Shown here: positions 9,320 to 18,196 of the stretch, piece by piece
Position numbering within the stretch: position 1 is the stretch's first letter
How the letters are laid out: each line of letters starts with the position of its first letter
Assembly (NCBI GenBank): GCA_964600655.1
Contig: CAZRMA010000001.1
Span: 1-42,861 of the forward strand
Reading direction: 5' to 3'
DNA: 42,861 bases
Source of the DNA: an uncultured Ignavibacteriaceae bacterium
GTDB lineage: Bacteria > Bacteroidota > Ignavibacteria > Ignavibacteriales > Ignavibacteriaceae
Made by a program: the position numbers and the translations under genes
The notes under the pieces: model-generated
What the model saw: only the letters and a program-made list of their open reading frames with translations
The model's database searches: none
What the model was told of the DNA's origin: nothing

Positions 9320-10231
9320 CTATTTATATGCTTCATCATAATATCCCAAAGCAGCTAATATGTGCCCCCAGTTAGATGCAATTTTTGTAGCCCAATAAAG
9401 TCTCCAATATTTATTTGGAAATGTACACAAAGTTAAGAAAATACTAATAAAGCCGAACAATACAGAAACAGAAATGCTTTTAATTACTGGAAATAATTTT
9501 TTATTACCATATAATTCCAGATCCCTTCTGGTAAAATTATTCCCCTTAACGAATGATCTTTTTACGAGATAATTAAAAGTTGCTCTTTGAGGTGGTACAT
9601 ATTCTGACGTATAGCCTTCAAAGCAGTTTACAAATTTTGCTCCTTGCTTTTTTAGTCTGCCAAATAAATGAGTATCTTCACCTCCTGTCGTTCCATAATC
9701 AGGATCAAAAGGACCGGTAATATTTTTAAGTATTGAAGCCTTCACTATGCAATTACCTGATCTAGTTTCAAATGCCTCGGTTCCCGTAGAAGGTGCCTTC
9801 CGGTTAAACAAGGGGTTTTTTTTAATCCATTCAGGGGTTCCATCATCAAAATAGGATATAACCCTTCCAAAGGCAGCATCCGCTTCATAATCCTGAACTG
9901 TATTAACCATAAATAGAATCCATTCAGGTGAAGCTACTTCATCATCGTCTATAAATAGAATATACTCTCCAACCGCATTTTCAACACATTTATTTCTGGT
10001 CAGACTTATATTCTTTATAGGTTGTATAAAATATTTTACACTTAATTTTTGAGTTTGATTATAATTCCTGGTTACTTCTTCAGCACTACCACCAGGATCA
10101 TTATCAACTACAATAACTTCAAAACCAATATTGTCATTAAGTTTTTGTAAGACAAGACTATTCAAAAGTTTATCAAGCAAATCGATTCTTTTATATGTAG
10201 CTATACAGACTGTAACAAGAATATTATTCAT
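9320..10231 (-). CDS. Family 2 glycosyltransferase
   Basis: 303 aa. VTVCIATYKR...VIVVDNDPGGS...ILFIDDDE (DxD) is the GT-A/GT2 pattern. Two C-terminal hydrophobic segments. Confidence 0.85.
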   Translation of the reverse strand: MNNILVTVCIATYKRIDLLDKLLNSLVLQKLNDNIGFEVIVVDNDPGGSAEEVTRNYNQTQKLSVKYFIQPIKNISLTRNKCVENAVGEYILFIDDDEVASPEWILFMVNTVQDYEADAAFGRVISYFDDGTPEWIKKNPLFNRKAPSTGTEAFETRSGNCIVKASILKNITGPFDPDYGTTGGEDTHLFGRLKKQGAKFVNCFEGYTSEYVPPQRATFNYLVKRSFVKGNNFTRRDLELYGNKKLFPVIKSISVSVLFGFISIFLTLCTFPNKYWRLYWATKIASNWGHILAALGYYDEAYK

Positions 10232-11024
10232 TTAATAATTATGTAACTCTTAAAAAGGAATTAATAAACAAAATTATAAGAAATTATTTCTTAACACCAT
10301 TATTTAGCATTATTCTTTGCGTTTATAATACATAATAATTCATTTCTTGGAAAGAAAAGTCATTTTGCTTAAATAAAATGGACTAACAATCATAAATGAT
10401 ATACATCTGAAATAATTTTCTTTTGGTATTATTCAAAAATCACAGTACTTTTAGCCTTATCTACTTCATTTCCCGGAAGAATTTGGTACTATTTTGGGGT
10501 ACTTTAATAATAGCCAAAATCAAAGTTGTTATCCTTCAACTAGCCCGTAACAATTTTCTCAAATATCATTCAGTTTTACCATATATAATGCCAAGCATTA
10601 TAACAATAGTTTAAAGCTTGAAATTCTTATTATTATTCAATATTTTATGTATATTATAGAGACACCAATATCTCTTTGTTACATTTCTCCTTTTGTTGCT
10701 TTGGATTAAATTAAAAATTATTATAAAAAATTGGCATAATACTTTCTTATTAGGGATTACAAATATTGTAAAGTGAAAAAATGCTCAATTTTTAATGTGC
10801 TGTAGGTTTGCAAATGGACCATTTTAACGAGTAATTAAGAATACCATTATTTAACATATTGATTAAATACTTAATAAAATTTTAAGAATTTCTTCCTACT
10901 CTTGTCAGGAAAGTGTACTCATTAGCAATTTGTGTGATGTTATCAGGTTAACAAAGTGTTTTTACGTGAGAAAGAAATAGGATAATAATAGTTTTGATAA
11001 AATTTTAATTAGAGAGGTAATGTA

Positions 11025-12575
11025 ATGAAAAGACTGGTTACAGTTGTTGTTTTTTTAATATTTGGTAATATAGCAAATGCTCAATGGACTTTTGTATCTC
11101 CGGCCCCAACGACCAATTATTTATATAGTGTTGCATATTCTAGTTCGTCTGTTGGATATGCTGTAGGAGATTTTGGTACAATTTTATATACAGCTGACGG
11201 TGGAGTAAATTGGAGTACTCAATCAAGTGGTGTAAGTACTTCTTTAAAATGTGTTTTTTTCCTTCCTGGAACAACCACAGGATGGATTGTTGGACAATCA
11301 CCTAATCCTGCATCAGCACTTACCATTCTTCATACAACTAATGGAACAAGCTGGTCTCCAATTACAACTACAGCAGTTTTGAATATTGTATTACGTGGAG
11401 TATTTTTTACTGATGCTAGTAATGGATGGGCTGTAGGCGATGGTGGAACCATACTCTATTCTTCGAACGGTGGAGCTAGCTGGTCTCAGCAAACATCAAA
11501 TACAACAAACGAATTGGATGATGTTTACTTTACCAGTTCTACTACAGGTTGGGCTGTTGGCAAATCCGGTACTATAGTTCAAACCACAGACGGAACTACC
11601 TGGTCTTCACAAACAGTTGGCTCGTCATCATATGATCTTCGTGGTGTTTGGTTTACTGGATCCACAACGGGTTGGGCTGTTAGTACGGGACCTGCTATTT
11701 TTTACACCTCGGACGGCTCTAATTGGAACCTTCTATCAACAGGCACCTCCGCAATAACAACACCCTTGTATAGTGTTTCCTTTTTTGATGCAGATAACGG
11801 AATAGTAGTTGGCAAGGATGGTGCTATTTATAGTACTACAAACGGAAGCAATGGAACATCATCTACTTGGAGTTCACAAACAACCTCAACTAATACTAAT
11901 TATAAGTTATATGATATCGCTATTGCAAGTTCAACTACCGAGGCAGCTGTAGGTTATGATGGAACTAATGGGTTAGTAGAATATAACACAAATGCAGGTT
12001 TGCCAGTAGAGCTAACTTCTTTTTCTGCATCGGTATTAAATAATTCTGTTAAACTAAGCTGGAAAACCGCAACAGAGGTTAGCAATTATGGTTTTGTTGT
12101 TGAACGTTCTTCAGCAAATTCCGGTTGGCAAAAAATTGGTTTTGTTGCAGGTTCAGGTAATAGCAATTCACCAAAGGAATATTCGTTTACAGATAATCCT
12201 TCGGGAGGTACGTCATTCAGTTATAGGCTAAAACAGGTAGATGTTGATGGAGCATTTAAATATTATGATGGTGTTACAGTAAATCTTACAGCTTCCACTA
12301 AGCCTCAGCTATTACAAAACAGTCCAAATCCATTTAACCCCTCTACTAATATTAAATTTTACATTCCAAATACATCGGATGTAACAATTAAAATCTATGA
12401 TATTCTGGGAAGAGAGGTAAATACATTAATAAATCAACAGACAACTGCAGGTTATCATTTAGTTTACTGGAATGGCAAAGATAGCCGAGGTGAAGCGGTT
12501 TCAAGTGGTGTTTATATTTATCGATTAACTGCCGGCAATTTTTCTGAGACAAAGAAAATGAACCTATTGAAGTAG
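11025..12575 (+). CDS. Secreted BNR/Asp-box beta-propeller protein (Ycf48/sialidase-like fold) with Fn3-like plus T9SS C-terminal module
   Basis: 516 aa with a signal peptide (MKRLVTVVVFLIFGNIANAQ). About six Asp-box-like repeats: YTADGGVNWS, HTTNGTSWS, YSSNGGASWS, QTTDGTTWS, YTSDGSNWN, STTNGSNGTSSTWS. C-terminal ~190 aa module LPVELTSFSA...WKTATEVSNYGFVVER...LLQNSPNPFNPSTNIKFY...GVYIYRLTAGNFSETKKMNLLK. An RBS-like agagagg lies upstream. Confidence 0.75.
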   Translation: MKRLVTVVVFLIFGNIANAQWTFVSPAPTTNYLYSVAYSSSSVGYAVGDFGTILYTADGGVNWSTQSSGVSTSLKCVFFLPGTTTGWIVGQSPNPASALTILHTTNGTSWSPITTTAVLNIVLRGVFFTDASNGWAVGDGGTILYSSNGGASWSQQTSNTTNELDDVYFTSSTTGWAVGKSGTIVQTTDGTTWSSQTVGSSSYDLRGVWFTGSTTGWAVSTGPAIFYTSDGSNWNLLSTGTSAITTPLYSVSFFDADNGIVVGKDGAIYSTTNGSNGTSSTWSSQTTSTNTNYKLYDIAIASSTTEAAVGYDGTNGLVEYNTNAGLPVELTSFSASVLNNSVKLSWKTATEVSNYGFVVERSSANSGWQKIGFVAGSGNSNSPKEYSFTDNPSGGTSFSYRLKQVDVDGAFKYYDGVTVNLTASTKPQLLQNSPNPFNPSTNIKFYIPNTSDVTIKIYDILGREVNTLINQQTTAGYHLVYWNGKDSRGEAVSSGVYIYRLTAGNFSETKKMNLLK

Positions 12576-12595
12576 TAAATAAAGTACAAACAAAT

Positions 12596-12637
12596 AAAAA
12601 ATCCTTTCATAAATACTTTATGAAAGGATTTTTTTGA
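12596..12637 (+). terminator. Rho-independent terminator (13 bp stem, 3 nt loop, T-run)
   Basis: atcctttcataaa (12601-12613) pairs perfectly with tttatgaaaggat (12617-12629) around a 'tac' loop. It is followed by a T-run and preceded by an A-run, 25 nt after the stop at 12575. Confidence 0.75.
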
Positions 12638-12662
12638 ATTATATTATCCTCTTTCTTTTATC

Positions 12663-12697
12663 AAAAAAAACGAAAGCATCGGAAAGGAGGTTTTCGT
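12663..12697 (-). terminator. Possible terminator for the Wzy-like gene
   Basis: On the minus strand: acgaaa - 16 nt loop - tttcgt, followed by T8 (the A8 run at 12663-12670 on plus), about 65 nt after the stop at 12763. The stem is weak. Confidence 0.35.
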
Positions 12698-12762
12698 CAG
12701 TATTTAATTCTTCAAAACAGCGATCAGCAATTTCATAAATAAAATGAGACTATAATAACAAT

Positions 12763-14031
12763 TTAAACTTCCTGCATTGCTTCAACATCTTGTTCCCAAA
12801 TTCCTGTAAACAAAAACATGTAGGCAAGAATAAATAGCCAGCCTACAAGGTGATCCAGCCTAAATAAAACTGATTCCTGCAAATTAATAACTAATGAAGC
12901 GATTAAAATCCAAACCCAGGGATTAGGATAATTCAACCTACGCAAACTTGCAAAATACCTAACTATCATAATTAAGAATATACCCAACCCTACAAACCCA
13001 ATCTCGTTTGTAATATCCAGATAACCATTATGACTTTGATTTGGAATCCAAATAAACAAATCATATATATGCTTTAGATAAGCAGAAGGGGGATTAACGC
13101 TCCAAAATGCAAGATATCCCGTTCCCTGAATTGGATGTTGCATAATGCTAATTAACATTGCTGTCCATAAGTTTGTTCTACCTGATAATGTAGGGTCCTT
13201 TCCAACCGATTCCGTAATTATATCTATTATTTCAGGTGAAACAAATATTACCAGTGCAGCCGCCAATATTATAAATAAAAAAATTGTTACAGATGCAGAA
13301 CGGCCAAGTCCAAGAGGTTTAAATATTTTATCAATCGATAATAAGGTACCAGCAAATGCCAGTAAAAGAAAAGTTGAAATTGAAGTCATACTTCTTGCGC
13401 CAAATAATAGCGCCAAAGAAAAAAGCACCGCAACAGCTGCAATAAATTTAGGACGACCTGTCTCTGTCTTGTATATAAAAAAGCTCAATAATATACATAC
13501 TACCGAGACTTGACCAAGACCATTTTTCTCGATAGAAAATCCACGCCAAGTTTGAAATGCTGGGTCTATCGCGCCAGGCACTACTAAACAAACTACAACT
13601 GAAGAAAATACATATAAATAAAGAATAGGTTTTATAATCTTTAGAATATCATTGGTGGAATTTGTATGCACAATTAACGAAAGTATAACTGCAAAACCTG
13701 TAAAGATCCTAAAAAAACGCTTTGCTGTATCAAGTGGACTATATGACCAAAGCGTACTTATTAAACACCAAAGCAAAAATATAGTTAGTAATTTTTCCTT
13801 TTTTATTATTTCTATGGCATCTGTACGCCTGAAAGAAAGCGAAATCATTGAAAGTAAAAATATCAGTGTATAGATTATTTGATTAATAATGTTGCCTCCC
13901 TCGTTCGGGACTGTATCTTTACTAGGTGGCTGGAACGGAATGCTTGTATGAAAAAACATAACAAACAAAAATATTCCAAACGTAATAATAGCAATCTTGA
14001 AAAAAATATTTTTCTCAACTCTGTTTTCCAT
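12763..14031 (-). CDS. O-antigen ligase/polymerase-family (Wzy-like) integral membrane protein
   Basis: 422 aa and strongly hydrophobic, with many predicted TM segments. It has a periplasmic-loop motif resembling the Wzy_C/O-antigen-ligase signature (...IPNQSHNGYLDITNEIGFVGLGIF...). Confidence 0.7.
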   Translation of the reverse strand: MENRVEKNIFFKIAIITFGIFLFVMFFHTSIPFQPPSKDTVPNEGGNIINQIIYTLIFLLSMISLSFRRTDAIEIIKKEKLLTIFLLWCLISTLWSYSPLDTAKRFFRIFTGFAVILSLIVHTNSTNDILKIIKPILYLYVFSSVVVCLVVPGAIDPAFQTWRGFSIEKNGLGQVSVVCILLSFFIYKTETGRPKFIAAVAVLFSLALLFGARSMTSISTFLLLAFAGTLLSIDKIFKPLGLGRSASVTIFLFIILAAALVIFVSPEIIDIITESVGKDPTLSGRTNLWTAMLISIMQHPIQGTGYLAFWSVNPPSAYLKHIYDLFIWIPNQSHNGYLDITNEIGFVGLGIFLIMIVRYFASLRRLNYPNPWVWILIASLVINLQESVLFRLDHLVGWLFILAYMFLFTGIWEQDVEAMQEV

Positions 14032-14608
14032 TTGGGGTCAATTGTACTATTTAAATAATGCTAATAAATTAAACTATTATCGACAATAATTACAGCGTAT
14101 TCTTTGTACTTATAATATTATTGCCAATAACATACTATTTAAAAAATGTTATAATTTTCAAGTATCAATTATATAATAATAATATATATATCAACTAATT
14201 TAAAATATTAAATAAACCTGAATTAAAGTAAATCTAAACCATAATATTACTTACTAATAGAATTGATTCCTTATATTTTAACAAGTCACTTAAATTTTAA
14301 AATACTCACCTTTTACATTGTATGATTTGAGCTAAAATTAGTCTCGTAAATAATAAATTGATTTAGGAAAACAAAATATGTCTATTATCGCCAAATAATT
14401 TTTTAAAGAAAATTTTATCGATATTATAGAACTTTAAGCCTATAAGAGGCTATATTTTTAGATAATATTGATGGTATTTAAGTTTAATATTGCTATATTT
14501 CCTGTTTAAGATAATATAAGTCTCTTTTTATCATTTCTTTTATTGAATGCTGACTAAAAAAATAATTTAATTACTAATTAGCAGGAATATTCTTTTACTC
14601 TTAAATTC

Positions 14609-15571
14609 ATGAAAAATTTCGCCATTACCGGGGTAGCAGGTTACATTGCTCCCAGACATTTAAAAGCTATAAAAGAAACAGGGAACAACCTCGTTTCGGC
14701 TGTAGATCCACACGATTCTGTTGGTATTTTGGATCAATTTTTTCCGAACGCTAGTTTTTTCACGGAGTTTGAGAGATTTGATAGACATTTGGAAAAATTA
14801 CGAAGAAAGGGTGAGGAACAAAGAGTACATTACTTAACAATTTGTTCTCCAAATAATTTACATGACGCCCATATAAGATTAGCTTTAAGAGTCGGTGCAA
14901 ATGCAATTTGTGAAAAGCCATTGGTTTTGAATCCATGGAATTTGGATGCCCTTCAAGAACTAGAAGCTGAAACCGGAAGCAGAGTTTATACAATATTGCA
15001 ACTTAGAGTTCACGATAGCCTTATTGAATTAAAAAAGAAATTAGAATCATTAAAATCGTCAAGTAAGTATAAAGTAAATTTAACATACATTACATCACGA
15101 GGCTTATGGTATGATTTTTCGTGGAAAGGAATAAAAGAAAAATCAGGAGGAATTGGGACTAACATTGGTGTTCACTTTTTCGATTTACTAATCTGGCTGT
15201 TCGGTGATGTTAAAAAAAGTGAATTACAATTATCCGAAGCTAATAAGATGGCAGGATTTATCGAGCTTGAAAATGCAGAAGTATCCTGGTTCCTATCAGC
15301 AGATAGAAATGATCTTCCTGCTGATCTTATTGAAAAAAAAATCCCAACCTTTAGGTCTATAGAATTTAATGGCCAGGAAATTCAATTTAGTTCGGGATTC
15401 ACAGATCTACATACCAAGGTCTACCAGGAAACTTTAGTTGGAAATGGTTTTGGTATTGAAGATGCGCGACCTTCAATAAAATTAGTCTACGATTTAAGAA
15501 ATACAAAAATAATAGAAAATAGTGCTGCACCTATTCATTCTATGGCAAAAAAATACTGTATAAAAAAATAA
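14609..15571 (+). CDS. wbpB: UDP-N-acetyl-2-amino-2-deoxy-D-glucuronate 3-dehydrogenase-like oxidoreductase (Gfo/Idh/MocA; WbpB/WlbA-like)
   Basis: 320 aa. MKNFAITGVAGYIAPRHLKAIKETGNNLVSAVDPHDSVGILD, ICSPNNLH, ICEKPLV, LTYITSRGLWYDFSWKG, TNIGVHFFDLL and GFTDLHTKVYQE closely follow the Pseudomonas aeruginosa WbpB sequence as I recall it. Confidence 0.85.
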   Translation: MKNFAITGVAGYIAPRHLKAIKETGNNLVSAVDPHDSVGILDQFFPNASFFTEFERFDRHLEKLRRKGEEQRVHYLTICSPNNLHDAHIRLALRVGANAICEKPLVLNPWNLDALQELEAETGSRVYTILQLRVHDSLIELKKKLESLKSSSKYKVNLTYITSRGLWYDFSWKGIKEKSGGIGTNIGVHFFDLLIWLFGDVKKSELQLSEANKMAGFIELENAEVSWFLSADRNDLPADLIEKKIPTFRSIEFNGQEIQFSSGFTDLHTKVYQETLVGNGFGIEDARPSIKLVYDLRNTKIIENSAAPIHSMAKKYCIKK

Positions 15572-15578
15572 TAATACT

Positions 15579-16160
15579 ATGAAATATTTTGTTCATGAAT
15601 CAGCAATAGTTGATAGAGATGTTAATATAGGGGAAGGTGCAAAGATCTGGCACTTCAGTCATGTTCAGAGTGGTGCACAAATCGGAAGTAACTGTGTCCT
15701 AGGCCAAAATGTTAACATCGGGAATAATGTAGTTATAGGTAATAATTGTAAAATTCAGAATAACGTATCAGTGTATGAAGGTGTTACTCTTGAAGATTAT
15801 GTGTTCTGTGGCCCTTCAATGGTATTCACAAATATTCTTGATCCAAAATGCAAGTATCCGCAGGTTGGTTCTAAGTTCTATGTTAAAACTTTAGTTCAGG
15901 AAGGTGCTTCTTTTGGTGCAAACTGCACAATAGTATGCGGAAACAAAATCGGAAAAAATTCAATGATCGGTGCAGGGGCTGTAGTTACAAAAGACGTTCC
16001 CGATTTTGCTCTTGTTGTTGGAACCCCGGCTAAAATTATTGGTTGGGTAAGTGAAGCTGGAAAGAGATTGAATTTTGATAAAAACGGATTTGCATTTTGC
16101 GAAAAATCAAATAAGAAATACAAAATTGAAAATCAAATTGTTACAGAAGTTAGTTTATAA
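15579..16160 (+). CDS. wbpD: Left-handed beta-helix N-acetyltransferase (WbpD/WlbB-like, UDP-2-acetamido-3-amino-2,3-dideoxy-glucuronate N-acetyltransferase)
   Basis: 193 aa. VHESAIVD...GAKIWHFSHV...IGNNCKIQNNVSVYEGVTLEDYVFCGPSMVFTN...GANCTIVCG...IGAGAVVTKDVPDFALVVGTPAKIIGW matches WbpD-type hexapeptide transferases. It starts 7 nt after wbpB. Confidence 0.85.
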   Translation: MKYFVHESAIVDRDVNIGEGAKIWHFSHVQSGAQIGSNCVLGQNVNIGNNVVIGNNCKIQNNVSVYEGVTLEDYVFCGPSMVFTNILDPKCKYPQVGSKFYVKTLVQEGASFGANCTIVCGNKIGKNSMIGAGAVVTKDVPDFALVVGTPAKIIGWVSEAGKRLNFDKNGFAFCEKSNKKYKIENQIVTEVSL

Positions 16161-16287
16161 CAAATTATTATTCTTATAATTCTACAGTTGTCTACAAATT
16201 AAATGATCGATTGAAATTGATTGATCATTATTCATTACTATATTAAATTCATATTTAGTCAAATATTAAAGGTCTTAATTAGATTAG

Positions 16288-17250
16288 ATGGAAAAAATTA
16301 AATTAGTATATATTACAGGATATGGCAAAAGCGGTGGGACACTTATAGGGCGGCTTTTAGGCGATACAAAAAACGCATTTTTTGTAGGTGAAGTAAGATA
16401 CTTTTGGAGATACGGAATTTTAAAAAACTACGATTGCACTTGCGGTCAAAAATTTGATACTTGCGGCTTTTGGAAGAATGTTAAAGATGAATATATAAAT
16501 TCATTTCCATCAATAAAGATAGAAGAAATCAGTGAAGAATTAAGAGAGTTTGAAATGCTAAAAAATTATTTCAATCTAAAACGATTTCTAAAAGATAAAA
16601 ACAACACTGCATTTCGAGAAAAATTGTCTGATTATTTAGCACATAATGAAAAATTATATGAAACAATTGCAAAGTTAAGCGGAAAGAATATACTGGTTGA
16701 TTATTCAAACATCCCTGGTCGGTTGTTAGCTCTTTCCTTTTCAGATAAATTCGAAATCTATCCAATACACCTTGTTAGAGATCCCAGGGGAGTATTGAAC
16801 TCATATATACAAGCGGATTTACGCTATTATGGGAAAAATATACACAATAATTTTTGGCAGGTTTTTGTCTGGAATATTAATACAATTTTCTCCAGAATCA
16901 TCATAAAGAAATTGAATTCGGGGGACATTCCGACTATTTTATATAAAAATTTTGTGAAAGACCCAGTTCCAATCCTAGATAAATTAACGGGATTTTTTAA
17001 TGACAAATTTAACTATGATAAAAAGGACGGAAAGACTACAGTCTATTTAGATCAGGGGCATGTTTTTTCTGGTAACAGAAGCAGGTTCGAATCAAACAAT
17101 GTCACCCTGGTTGAAGATACCAAATGGAAAAAACAGCTGAGCTGGCCGAATAAATTATTAGCAAACATAATGTCACTTCCCCTTTATCGATATATTTTGA
17201 ATTGGTCTAGAAATAAACAATTCACTATTGGATCTTTTAAATCAGAATGA
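16288..17250 (+). CDS. PAPS-dependent sulfotransferase
   Basis: 320 aa. N-terminal 5'-phosphosulfate-binding-loop-like YITGYGKSGGTLIGRLLG and a 3'-phosphate-binding-like HLVRDPRGVLNS. It lies immediately upstream of the PAPS synthesis and PAP recycling genes. Confidence 0.75.
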   Translation: MEKIKLVYITGYGKSGGTLIGRLLGDTKNAFFVGEVRYFWRYGILKNYDCTCGQKFDTCGFWKNVKDEYINSFPSIKIEEISEELREFEMLKNYFNLKRFLKDKNNTAFREKLSDYLAHNEKLYETIAKLSGKNILVDYSNIPGRLLALSFSDKFEIYPIHLVRDPRGVLNSYIQADLRYYGKNIHNNFWQVFVWNINTIFSRIIIKKLNSGDIPTILYKNFVKDPVPILDKLTGFFNDKFNYDKKDGKTTVYLDQGHVFSGNRSRFESNNVTLVEDTKWKKQLSWPNKLLANIMSLPLYRYILNWSRNKQFTIGSFKSE

Positions 17251-17297
17251 TCTAAAAAAACTATTATTAATTTTTAATATGGCTGTTTACTTAAAAT

Positions 17298-18107
17298 ATG
17301 ATTGATATTGAAAAAATTATTAACATAACTCTCGATGCTGGCAAATCAGTACTTGAAATTTACAACTCTGATGATTTTGACATTCAAATCAAAACAGATA
17401 AATCCCCTCTTACTCAAGCAGACATAGCTTCTCATAATTTGATAAAAACAGGGTTAAATAGTTTATATCCGGATATTCCGATTTTGTCTGAAGAAGGGGC
17501 TAATATTCCATATCAAGAAAGAAAGAATTGGAAAAAGTTTTGGTTGGTTGATCCATTAGATGGTACTAAAGAGTTTATTAAAAAGAACGGAGAATTTACA
17601 ATTAACATTGCTCTGATTGAAAATAATAAACCTGTATTTGGAATTATATATGCACCGGCTTATGAAGAAAAATTCGTAAATGGAGAAATTGATATTAAAG
17701 AAGAATTTAACTTTAATAAATTGGATATAACAAGGGGCTCTCTCTATTTTGCGGATGAAACACTTGGATCCTATAAAATTATTAATCGGAATAAGCCTAT
17801 AAAGCTGTCGGTTAATAAAGGCAAAAGTGAAAAAAAAATTGCAGTGAAGAGTCGATCTCATTCATCAGAAGAAGAACAAAAAGTATTAGATGAACTTGGA
17901 GTTAATGAATATATTTCTGTTGGCAGCTCACTGAAATTTTGTATGCTTGCTGAAGGTCAGGCACAAGTTTACTATCGACACGGCCCAACAAATGAATGGG
18001 ATGTCGGGGCGGGTTATGCTATTGCTAAATTTGCTGGGGCCGACATAAAGGGATTAACTTTTAATAAACAAAATTTGCTAAATGACTCATTTATCGTAAA
18101 AAGTTAA
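17298..18107 (+). CDS. cysQ: 3'(2'),5'-bisphosphate nucleotidase (inositol-monophosphatase family)
   Basis: 269 aa. LSEEG, WLVDPLDGTKEF, WDVGAGYAI and a KSDKSPLTQADIASH-type N-terminus are typical of CysQ. Confidence 0.8.
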   Translation: MIDIEKIINITLDAGKSVLEIYNSDDFDIQIKTDKSPLTQADIASHNLIKTGLNSLYPDIPILSEEGANIPYQERKNWKKFWLVDPLDGTKEFIKKNGEFTINIALIENNKPVFGIIYAPAYEEKFVNGEIDIKEEFNFNKLDITRGSLYFADETLGSYKIINRNKPIKLSVNKGKSEKKIAVKSRSHSSEEEQKVLDELGVNEYISVGSSLKFCMLAEGQAQVYYRHGPTNEWDVGAGYAIAKFAGADIKGLTFNKQNLLNDSFIVKS

Positions 18108-18196
18108 TAAAGAGCTAATACTCTGAACTAATAATTTAAAAGAAATTTTTAGCACTTTAAATAAGAATTATTCAATAATATGAAATATGGTGATTA

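Noticed and set aside
10423-10614. 63 aa ORF in the long spacer
   Set aside because: The translation is hydrophobic and low-complexity, from AT-rich DNA. There is no plausible ribosome-binding site and no recognisable domain. I treat it as non-coding.
10732-10747. TGGCAT... resembling a sigma-54 -24 element
   Set aside because: The expected -12 TTGC(A/T) element at the correct spacing is absent; the sequence reads tggcataatactttct.
13145-13873. Plus-strand ORFs 13145..13513 and 13652..13873
   Set aside because: They are antisense to the Wzy-like membrane protein gene, have no recognisable motifs, and their composition mirrors the opposite strand. Shadow ORFs.
14436-14460. Small hairpin agcct-ataag-aggct followed by a T-rich stretch in the wbpB upstream region
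   Set aside because: It has only a 5 bp stem and lies in a promoter region with no upstream gene on that strand to terminate. It is too weak to call.
17084-17093. ggttcgaatc, the classic tRNA T-arm/T-loop string
   Set aside because: It sits in-frame inside the sulfotransferase CDS (…RSRFESNN…). No acceptor, D-arm or anticodon-arm complementarity surrounds it. This is a chance match.
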